Under the pieces are notes generated by a model. The model did not search any database, was not told the origin of the DNA, and saw nothing but the letters and a program-made list of their open reading frames with translations. From Bugula neritina (lineage: Eukaryota; Animalia; Bryozoa): DNA of 64,000 bases. Positions 38,680-49,800 of the stretch are shown here, piece after piece (the first letter of the stretch is position 1; each line of letters begins with the position of its first letter). Both the position numbers and the translations under genes were made by a program. Location of the stretch: positions 12,844,698-12,908,697 of the forward strand of contig OZ037765.1 of assembly GCA_964035545.1 (NCBI GenBank), in the 5' to 3' direction.

Positions 38680-41570
38680 CTATAGCAAAGTTATTTCTAC
38701 ACTCTGCAAAGCATCTACTGCCCACTGAGGGTAGTTTTTATCGGGGTATTGAGTTTTCATGAATTGCTGGACAAATTCTGGAAACTTGTCTTGCTTAATG
38801 CTTTCTCTCATTGTATTCATCAAATTCAGCTAAAACAAACAGAAAAGAAAAATATAGCTGCTTTTCATAATTGGCTGTTAATGGAAAATCTCATTAGTAA
38901 CATGGAGTGGTGAAGAATTTTTTGGAGTATTATTTTGCAAGGAATTTTCCAAATCTTTGATAATCATGCTAATGAATAGGCATTACATAAGTTTTACTAC
39001 AATAAAGGCGGAATATTGCCAACATAGCAAGCATACCTGATATGCTATGTTGTGTATAGTAATAAGATGGCATGCCACAGTCTCTTGGGTCACTATACTA
39101 TGTATATATGCCTTTGTGTATGTCTTACAGGTTGAGCAACTACAACTGTCATCCAGTGCAGTAAAATCTTTTCTGTAGACAGATTTTTTGAGATTGATGG
39201 AACCACTTGGCACCAATGCCACTCCAAATCTCTAACAAAAAGCAAATTCTGTAAACTGAATGTAAATGGCATTTATTTAGAACTACAAATTAATATACTA
39301 CAAAGAAGAGAACAGTCAATGTTATATTATTAAATCTGTAATGACCTGAAAACCTTGAGATACGTATATCATGTAAACTTACTGCAGTTCTTGAAGGAAA
39401 TACACAGTCATACATGTCAGAGCCTAGAGCTGTACAGACTACCAAGTCCAGGGCAAAGCCTATACCCATGGTATATCTTGACTTGTTTTTTGGTAATGAA
39501 GCAGCAGAAACGGCAACCATTTTCCAAAAATCATCTTTAGCTTCACCACCAGACAAACCACCGATAGCATAACCGTGTACTTCTCTTTTTGTTAGCTCTA
39601 ACATATGAAATCAAATTATTGGCACACTTAATAATCTAATGATGCACTTATTTCAACAGATGTATTTACAAAACATTTAGAATGCCGTTCATAAAACTGA
39701 TACCTGCAGCACATTTTCTTCTTAGTTCTTCATCTAAACCTCCTTGTACAATGGGAAACAGAGCTTGGTCATGTTCTCGTTCATTAGCTTCCAGACATCG
39801 GTCCAACCACCTTACAGTTCTGTGCATAGCTTCTTCCACTCGAGGTCCTAAAAATGAGTTTTAATTGTGTCCTAAACTTATGAAATTAATAAACTGCTAA
39901 TACAATAAACTTCCAAAGTGGCACTTGAACGTCTGTGTTTACCTGTAGTGGTACTACTAACAACATCATCCAACTGCATCATGATGTCCGCTCCAATACA
40001 GTTCTGTATTTGGATAGAATGTTCTGGTGTCAACAACATTTCACTACCATCATGCGGAGCTTTGAATTTAACGCCTTGCTCTGTTATTTCAGCTAAATCC
40101 AACAAGGACACCATTTGAAAGCCCCCACTATCCTATATAAAAGTTGGTATAAATAGTAACAGCTACCTCTAATGATTTACAAATAATTTGTTAGCATATT
40201 TTTATTTGCTTAGTACTGTATTCACACTGTATTACCCTCAACATTGTTTGGGTGGCCAGAAAACAGATTGTCTTGTGATTTCCTTTTGATTTAAAACAAA
40301 GTTTACAAATTTTGCTAGGAAGTATGGATTCCTTCACTATAGCAGTAGGAACCAACCTTATAATCTATCCCAAAACTGTTTCTACATTAAAAAAAACTAA
40401 CATTAATAAAGTACAAATGGTCAGCCAATCAAGATTTTACATTTCACAAGCAGGAAACTGCAGTGTCTTGCATATAATTTAAGAAAACATAAAGGACGTT
40501 AGCACACTAAAGTAGATTATAATATAAACTTGTTAAAAAGTTATGCTAATATTTACTGTAAGCAGAGCTCTCTTCCAATTCATGAACTTGTGTAGGCCTC
40601 CGGCTTTCTTGATCAACTCCGGCCCCTAAAATTTTTAGGATCAACAACTTTATTTTTAAAAATGGTAATTTGTATTCTGGAAAATATTGTCAGAAAATGT
40701 TTTTATTTATTTATCAGCACAATCATCATTAATCTCATTTATAGCAACATAGATACTACTTGATAAACACTTCAGTAGATATTCTAAAACTTACAGGCCT
40801 GTTACCCAAATGATAAGTGTTGCCAAGCATAATCTCACAGTTGAGCTCCTCTAATTGTGCAGGAAGCAAACCCTTTAAAGTGCCTTGGGTGCCTACCTAT
40901 TCATAATAAACATATCAATGAATATGATAAACACAATTAAATCGCAGGGTTTATTATCACAGTTACTATCAAAGTTCTCGTATAACTTGAGGCAAGCAGT
41001 TATTGGGATATGTAACCAACATTCTTATATTAATCTAGTAAAGTTTTTAAATGTGGTTCAATGAACTTTTAAATGAAAATAATGAGCTGGAGAGAAAGCC
41101 AAAGAACTATTTGACATGTTTGCTGCAGTGAAGTTTCATCAAAATTTGTATAAATAAGAATATTTATTGCAACTACTACTACTGAGAAGTAACCGTCTTA
41201 TCCAGGTTAACTTTAGCAATTAATTTTAAATCTTTAAAGTCTGAAAGGAAAACTCCTAAGTAAACAACTTTGTGAAATTTGGTTAAGATATATCAACAAA
41301 TAATTGGCAATGTAATAAATGTATGATAAATTTAATTCGTAGTAGTAATATGTCCACAGAAATGAACCAAAACAAAGTAGTAAAGTATTAATAGTGAAAT
41401 ATATTAGATTTAGTGAATGTTGAATGAACTTTTACAATTTGACTTACTGGCATAAACACTGGAGTGTTGACTGTGTGGTGTGGTAAATGAAGTAGCCCAG
41501 CTCTGGCTTTCGACCGAGAGCATTCTGCCAGAATTTCAAAAGAGAAGGTTTTCCCAACTTCACGCGTCAT
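38680..41570 (-). CDS. QTRT1: Queuine tRNA-ribosyltransferase catalytic subunit 1 (eukaryotic TGT)
   Basis: Exons ~41449-41570 (ARAG...TPVFMP), 40796-40897 (VGTQGTLKG...LGNTYHLG), 40556-40626, 39943-40132 ([10 protein letters not shown]...IMMQLDD), 39704-39848 (RTVRWLDRC...PIVQGG), 39383-39596 (AIGGLSGGE...YTMGIG...[10 protein letters not shown]), 39037-39230 (CSCSTC...HN zinc site), 38680-38830. Confidence 0.96.
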
Positions 41571-42097
41571 AGTGATGTTGTAACACCAACAGTTGGTGTT
41601 ACAACTTCAACTCTGTAGCAATACCAGGATAGAAACATTAAGTTTGATTCATGATGATTTAATTATGATAATGTTTATAATAACATTAGAGCTTATTCTA
41701 ATGGTTACTAGGAAGTGCAAAACTATCATTAGCTTTATTATATTTATTAGATTTGTTTGACTTGACAGAAATACAATTTTTTAGTGATAAGTATATAGTA
41801 TACGTGTATACATAATATTGCACTCGTAGACTATAGCACACACAGTATATTATACATTATAATATTATAACTATTAATATATATCGTTATCATTGTGATT
41901 GTCATTGGGGTACCAGTTATAATTTTAAAAATTACATGCTCAACTTGAACTTCATTGTCATATTGCTACCAAAAGTACAAGTTGAACTTGAAGATCATGC
42001 TCATGCGGACAGTTACATCTCATACATATTGGATATATTGGATATAATTATATCAATTATTAGAGAGCAATTGTTTAGATTACACTTGTCTTGACTG

Positions 42098-42260
42098 CCG
42101 CCTAGTAACCACTACATCAGACTCAGTGGTAGTGACTGTGAGTAGCACTGGTGCGAGTCCAAACGCCAGTAGTGATGTTATGAAGACTAAGAGTAGCCTA
42201 AAAGCATCTGGTCATAATTGCCCCTGTGCCATATCAGAAAAGTTCTTCAGGGTATTATTT
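42098..42260 (+). mobile_element. Degenerate SINE copy, same or related family
   Basis: Body motif AGCATCTGGTCATAATTGCCCCTGTGCCA resembles the 35.9-36.3 kb copies; head region decayed. Confidence 0.45.
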
Positions 42261-43049
42261 TATTACTATTATTATTAGTATTGCTATTATTAAATGCACT
42301 ATTATGAAAACTATAATCCATAATAATAATAATCATCATATAATGATGATCATAATCATTTTATCATAATGATATTGATAACATCAACTTTGATTGATTA
42401 ACATTAACTGGAAAATTTTCTTTTTACAGTTAGTGTTATTCATAACTGATAACATTAACATTAAGTCATAGCTCATGTAGTGATACTGAGTCATAAGTTT
42501 TACTCTTAGTCTTAGCTGTGCCATTTGACTCATCATTATCATAATCAAGTAGATACTCATGCTAGATAGAACTTATAGTTATAGCTATAATGATTATTAA
42601 TATTAATAATATTGTGATTATGATTGTCACATAATTATCATCAAGTTTGACATTAAGATTATCAATATGATTATGATTATCATTAAATTTAATCATGAAG
42701 AATAAGATTAAGTGATTATTATTTAAACTCTGAAGCTGCCATGCAGTCAGTTTAGTTGAACGTTGAGACACGTGCAAGCAGAGAATATGTCTGCCTAAAA
42801 TGTTGTTAACATCTGGAACATTTTCTGTTATCACTCTGTTAGTGTTACTGTTAGTGTTAACTGTTATGAGTTAATGTTATGACTTATCACTTCATCAGTT
42901 TATCAGACTCATGACTCATGAGTTAAATTTTTGAAATTAAATTTTCAGGTTTCTTCAGTCCCAATATTTTAATCACACTAAATCTATATGTCGCTAAGTA
43001 TCATTAGTTTAGGCAAGACTAAGAGGCCAAGATTAAAACCTTATAATAA

Positions 43050-43340
43050 TATTAATTGGTCATTGAATGTGTTGATAGGCCATGCTGATTGAAGTGCACG
43101 GAAATGAAGCTATGCTTTATAATTGGACTCAGCTCAAGCACCAACTACTTAGCGCTTAAACCTTCTGCAAGTCCGAATCATAACGAGATGATTGTATGTT
43201 CTGTTGGAGCGGCCGTACTGCTGGTTTTTAGCGAGTAGTTTTAGTTACATAATTGTACAGATTAAAGTTCAACACTCGGCAGCTCAACAAGAGAACATCT
43301 GCCCCTGGCTTTCGTGGCGACTTCACTCTGATAGGGGTAC
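43050..43340. promoter_or_regulatory. Inferred bidirectional promoter core for QTRT1 (-) and SEPHS2 (+)
   Basis: CpG-enriched island between divergent start codons 2.6 kb apart. Both ATG exons are preceded by splice acceptors (~41613 and ~44111), so non-coding first exons must lie in between. Confidence 0.45.
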
Positions 43341-43493
43341 CCCACTGATAGTGATACTCATACTGATTATAATTAATAATTTCTATTTCATAGCATTAAC
43401 TGCCGAGTCAGTAGCTTCTATCAACAGGCACTGTGACTGTAAAGTGTAATTATTATATTAATCATTTAATGAAATGCGTAGGACTAGTAGTAG

Positions 43494-43567
<74 letters not shown>

Positions 43568-43594
43568 GTACTACTACTACTACTACTACTACTA
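43494..43594. repeat. (ACT)n microsatellite
   Basis: About 30 nearly pure ACT units; these produce the poly-L/T/V ORF artefacts. Confidence 0.98.
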
Positions 43595-44139
43595 GGAGTA
43601 GGTATGGCGGTATTATTTGCCCAAGGCTACAAGGCCAAGTACTCATACTGAAGTAGTGGTATCACTATTACTATTAGTATTAGTATTAGTATTAGTATTA
43701 GAACTAGTAGTTCAAGTACATGTAAAAAAAAGTCAAAATTTGTTAGATATCTTAAAATGTCTAAGTTTAATGATTAGGTTTTCGAAAGTTAATAACTAGA
43801 CTGAGTTGAAAAAAAATATTTTAATTAGTTTAAGTTATAACTTATAAGTTATAGTTATACTAATGCTTTAATCGTGATATTACCATATAATGATTATTAA
43901 AAATAAAGCAATATTACATCAATGATCGACATTATATTTATATTTATATTACTTATACTTTATAGTTTAAATTAATGTTATACTTATATCCAATTCCATA
44001 GCTGTAATTTACTTTAATAGTAATACTAAAAGCATTTTATTAAAAAAATATCAGAGTTGCAATACATCATAATTGTGTACCCATTTTAATTAGTTTGGTT
44101 GATTTTATTAGAATAAAAGCAGCACATAATAAAAACAAT

Positions 44140-46424
44140 ATGGCTTCAGCAGAGGCTACAAATAGCCCGTTTGACCCTGTGGCTCATGGCTTAGACGCGT
44201 CATTCCGTTTAACCAATACTGCAGACTTGAAAGGATGAGGCTGCAAAGTCCCTCAGAATGTTCTGCTCAACTTTCTAGAGGGACTTAAACAGCCTGGTGT
44301 AGATCAACAGAAAGAGGGTCATGTTGGTAAGTAATTCAAAATATCTTTGGCAATGCTGTATAAATTCATATATAATCTTTCATTTTCACTGTTTGTCATT
44401 GAGTGTTTTTATTTTTAGGGATTGGTATGGACAGCTGTGTCATACCATTGCGATTTCAATCATTATCACTTGTTCAGACCACAGATTTCTTTTATCCATT
44501 AGTAGATGATCCATATATTCAGGTAAACCAGCTTCAAAATTCACTATATTATTTCTATTTAGATGTGCCCTGCAATTGAAAGTTCTACAGGCAAATTATG
44601 GTTAGTTGGTGTAAAGAACAAATTTATTTTCTTTTAATGATATCTTGTCTTGTTTTATGCACCATTTTATTATTAGGCCAAGCAGCGCATATAAACTATA
44701 TGATAAAGCTTAGAATACGAAATGTTGCAGGGCATGATCACATGTGCTAACGTGCTTAGTGATCTCTACGCTATGGGCGTCACTGAATGTGATAACATGC
44801 TCATGCTGCTTGGAGTCTCAAGTCGCCTAAGTCAAAAAGAGCGAGATATTATTGTTCCATTATTGATGAAAGGCTTCAACGATCTTGCGGTTGAAGCTGG
44901 CACTAGTATTCAAGGAGGCCAAACTGTTGTAAACCCATGGATGATTTGTGGTGGAGTGGCTACCAGTGTAGTGCATGCCAATGAAATAATTTTGTGAGTT
45001 TGGTAAATTAGTCTCTATTTTAAAAATAACGTCTGTAGATATTTCAGTGTGGCAGTAATCTCTTCTTTGTATCTAAAATGGTTCACAATAGATGTGAAAT
45101 GATGTTTTGTTAATAAAAATTGCAATGCATGTTTGATTATTAAGGCCACACAATGCCGTTGAAGGAGATGTCTTAGTTTTAACCAAACCTCTGGGAACGC
45201 AAATTGCTGTCAATATTCATCAGTGGATGGACGATGATGATAAATGGCTCTCCATAAAGCATGTAATAACCAAAGAGGAGGCTGAAAAAGCTTATCAGAG
45301 AGCCATGTCCAGTATGGCTCGACTTAACCGAACAGGTTTTGATTTTTTTTTTTATTCAACAGTTACAAATATTAATTTATTTCCAACTTTACTATACAGT
45401 ATGATAATCTTCATTGCGTGTTTAATAAACAGAAATGTTTTAATTTTAGCGGCTCGTTTAATGCACAAATATAATGCTCATGGGTGTACAGATGTTACTG
45501 GGTTTGGTTTACTTGGTCATGCCTCTAATCTTGCTAAAATCCAAAAGAGTGAAGTTAGTTTTGTGATCCACAATCTTCCAATTATTGCTAAAATGGCTGT
45601 AGTTGCTAAACACATAAAGAATGACATGTTTGGACTTCACAAGGGAAGCTCAGCAGAGACCTCAGGTATTCTTTAACAGGCGGAAATTTTAAAATAATTT
45701 TGCATTTGTATGCCAAAAAATTGTGAGATAACAAAATGTTGTTGAATGTTGGACTAATATTCAGTTTTTTGTATTCAATTTGCATTTAAGCAACAATTTT
45801 AACAATTTGAAATTGCTATTTCTTTTTTTAAGTTTTTCCGACAATATACTGAGCTCAGACAAAGTCCAAGAGGGCTTTCAATTACAGTAAAATAGAATTG
45901 AATTTTGGCAAATTGAATTGCCTTTAATACAGTAATGATAAAGCAAACCATATTATATAGCAGTTTTTATTTAAAAAAACGAACTATTTTATGCGTGTAA
46001 CAGGTGCTTCAAATTGCAAAAATTTTCAAAAACAAAATCTTTATAATTTTGCCTGATATTACAATAAATAACTAACAAAATGAAGGTGATTGTTTATGAT
46101 GTGCCTAAACCGTTTTTTTTTGTGCACTGGAAAATTTACTCTTTTGTAACAATTGACAATCCAGCTTAGACAATTCTTGGTTCTCTAGAATAATTATTCT
46201 CCACAGAATCGACAATTCAATAAGATATGTGTTTTGTAGGAGGACTTCTCATCGCTTTTCCCAGAACTTCGGCTGCTGCCTATTGTCAGGAGATAGAAAA
46301 AGAAGAGGGTACAAGAGCCTGGATTGTTGGTGTGGTTGAAAGTGGAGATCGAACAGCTCGTATTATAGACAAGCCTAGGATTATTGATGTTCCGAATAAA
46401 GATGTAGAGGATCAACTGTGGTAA
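44140..46424 (+). CDS. SEPHS2: Selenophosphate synthetase 2 (selenide, water dikinase); selenoprotein with in-frame UGA at codon 33
   Basis: Exon 44140-44326 reads [45 protein letters not shown] (KGUGCK catalytic motif). Further exons: 44419-44522 (GMDSCVIP...[14 protein letters not shown]), 44731-44993 ([15 protein letters not shown]), 45145-45335 ([11 protein letters not shown]), 45450-45665 ([16 protein letters not shown]), 46241-46424. SECIS in the 3'UTR. Confidence 0.95.
44239..44294 (+). promoter_or_regulatory. Stem-loop directly 3' of the Sec codon (SRE-like recoding element)
   Basis: GGCTG/CAGCC, AAGTCCCTC/GAGGGACTT and AGAA/TTCT pair in a nested hairpin starting at the first base after TGA. 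Confidence 0.7.
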
Positions 46425-46631
46425 CAATGTATATGCCCTCCAATTCCATGTTATTTATATTGTGTTATGCATTTTATATTATTGCTTGTATTTTAACCAC
46501 AATTGTTATCTAGTCGAATGCTAATGGTGGTATCCCAGTGGGAGCAGACACTGGTAGAGACCGCCATGGCATCAAAGATTTTTTAATTTATGCGCTTATT
46601 ATATTATGTAAATCTGTTTATATGTTTATCT

Positions 46632-46702
46632 TATCACATTTATGATGACTATTGCCTCAAGCCAAAGAAGGCTGGCAAATGTTTGATAAGCTACTTGTGA
46701 TA
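46632..46702 (+). promoter_or_regulatory. SECIS element, type II
   Basis: Helix I TATCACA/TGTGATA; core ATGAT (46642-46646) opposite TGAT (46684-46687); helix II GACTATTGCC/GGCAAATGTT; unpaired AA (46659-46660); apical mini-helix GCC/GGC. Confidence 0.85.
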
Positions 46703-46859
46703 TTAGTAAATATATAGCAGTTTATTCATAATATATATTGGCTACAATTGCAAATTCTCGTATTTAGTATTGTGAAAATGCACATAATATAACATGGGCA
46801 TACAAACTCCTTGCCAATATATGGATAAAATATTTTGGATATTAAAATGTCAGAAGTGC

Positions 46860-49800
46860 TCAACTGTAAGCTCGTTGCAGTCTAGATTGAACTTCACGAA
46901 GTTTCTTAGCAGTAGATTGTGCCTGTGTGTTGGCTATTGTTGAAGACTGTAATTCTACCAGGTAGCCAGATACTAAACCATCAGCTGTGGCTATAAACCG
47001 ACTCCTGCAGAAAATATCAACAGTTGTAAAAAATGAAAAACATAGTTCATCTCAATTACATGGCAATATATCATTATTATCCGTATCAGGAGACAAGCTA
47101 CAGTACCTTTCATAGGCAGACAAAGAATGGGGCTGTGACAGAAAGCTATCTAGTAGCGAAGCAATTACCATTAGCAAATGGAATTGCCCACCATGGTTTC
47201 TCCAGCATGGATCCTGTAACAACCGCAGAAAGCATCATATTATCAGCTCTCTTTTGGTAGTGAGGGTTAGCTGACAAATCAAGCTGTTATCAAAGACCAG
47301 ATTCAAGGCTGATTGTTGGTCAAATAGTTTATAATCCACAAAGTTTCAGCAAAAATGTGTTATTTTGAGTAAAAGGGGATATTTTTTACAAAGGTAGTTT
47401 GAATTTTCAAGATATACACATGTAACTACAGTTAATCAAATTAAATACCAACAATTGGTTGGTAATTAAAGTTTGCCTCAACGAATCAACTATCTAGCCA
47501 ATACGTAGGGTGTAACGGTAGCATACCTTTGCTTTATATAAGTTGTCATATGACTGCAAGAGCTGCAACAAAGGGATTTGTGACAATTTCATTGTATTTG
47601 CTACCCAGTTCACATCATATCCACTTTCTAAAGACCTCAACTCCATGTCTTTTATAATATAACCTGAGAAATACAAAATAATTAGTATTTCTGTGTAAAA
47701 CGATTATATTCAGTGTGCAAGCTACAATAATGCAAAATGACACTGACAATCTAAGCACTCACTCAGGGGAAAGAATTTATCATTGGTGCCAAACTTCTTT
47801 CCCAGACAGATCACCTTGTTTTGCACAACAATCATTTTGTTATCTCTGCTTTGTGCTTCTGTCAACTCAAACTCTACAACAAATTTCAACATATCAAGAA
47901 ATTTAATATTATTAGCATAATATATTTGCCTTCAAGTGTGATCTTCATATTACATATTTAAATTAGATGACACTTCCAACTGTTCATAGCTTAGCCGCAC
48001 AACAGTTTATGTCAGCTTAAAAACTGAGGAATACAAGACTAAAATACATAACTCAAGTAACCATTGTTATTTATGCTGCTTGCTGAATTAAATAATAAAA
48101 TCTGGAGTGATTGGTTGTAATCTATTGTTAATTACTATGGGCTTTAAAATTGTATTTTAGCAGAAACCTTTTTTTAGTATGCATATTTGTTTTGAACAGT
48201 AGACATTTATAGCACTATAGTTCCCATATAACTTATAACTGTACAACTACTGGGGGAGGGCGGGTTATCGGCTACTGTTAGTTGTTACCTTTGTCAATGA
48301 TGGCAGTCCACAGTGATTCTATTAGCACAGAATCATAATGGCCAGCACAATGAAGAATCGAAAGCCTGCACTCTGCCAGGTCGAATTCTTCTGCATATTC
48401 TCCATACAGCTACATAATATTCAATACACAGATCAAGGTTTGCACTGCAGTACTAACAAGCATCTATAACACACCATAATGGGTTACACTGATACCTAGT
48501 GTTTTAATATTACAGAGAGCAACTGGTATTCTTAGGAAAACAGTAAAGAAAGTAAATAGAAATAAACATACAGTTGTAACATCCATAAGTTTGGAGTTGA
48601 GTTTAGAAATTGCTGCGTCAATCTGCTGTGATCTGTAGGTCTGCTGTAATCTACGTAAACTCTCCAGTACTAAGACCTGCACCTTGGCAACCTAACAACA
48701 CAAGTTATGGTTGTGGTTGGCACACAGCAAGAAAACATGGGGCTGTATGCAGGACCAGTAACCTACATATGATATCACTGCAAGTATTAGTAATCCAACT
48801 AATTGATTGAATATAAGGAGAATAGAATTCGCAGTATCCATTCTACATTGAATTCATGTCAACAACGTATCGTTTAAGAAAATTGACAAAAACTTTTTTT
48901 CGAAAAATGCAACAATTATTATTTCTAATAAAAGTTCCTAGAAAGCATAAGAAATAATTCACACTAGTAACACAATCATAATGAAGTTAATTGAAGGTTA
49001 TGTTTCAAAATTTAACTGTTGAATTTGCTACTTTTAAAGAAGAGTTAATAAACGATAGCTTACAGTTAACAAAGAAAAGGAAATATATAATACATACATC
49101 TAATTTTTCTTCTAACTCGTGTAGCAAATCCCCGTCCATCTTATCAACCCGAAAGCTTGCTGACTTGGCATTCATGACTGCTCGGCATAAGTATTCTATC
49201 CTTTGAAGTAAATCTAGAGAAACACTACAACAAACAAAGAGTCACATTGTAAGGAGAAGTATCGCAGTAGAAACATAACAAGTTGGATAATAGTATAAAA
49301 TAAACTTATATATTTATGACTACTAGTTGGAAATACCTTATGCTTTCAATATCTCTATTTGATATAAAACTCTGTAGATAATAATTTTAAATTTTCACAA
49401 AGTTAGAAATTGAATCCACAAGACAAATGAAAAACTAAAAAAGATTAACACAGTAACTCACCTTGGTTTATCAGCCAATATATTGAGAATTCCAGCAGCC
49501 GACGAGTAGTTCTTGTTTTTCTCATAATACCTCCACAGAACTTCCAGTGACTGAAACTGGAAATCTGGTGTACCAGATGTAGCACTTCTCTTCAGGTAAT
49601 CTTCGAGGTATGGTGATGATACCTGAATAATACAGATATACCAAATACTTCATTACTTAACCAGCACATGTTAATTGATATCAGAAATAACAAGCAGTAT
49701 TTATTAAAGAGTAACAACTAGATGGTGAGCAAATGACTAGATGCCATGAGCTGTGATTATGACTTTGAGGGGCTAAAATTTGAAGAATCATTACACTAAT

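Noticed and set aside
43433-43799. Poly-Leu, poly-Thr and poly-Val ORFs
   Set aside because: Translations of the (ACT)n microsatellite and adjacent simple repeats.
46530-46546. Iron-responsive element (contains CAGTG)
   Set aside because: CAGTG pairs with CACTG in the stem; no 5-bp upper stem with a C-bulge forms around a CAGUGN loop.
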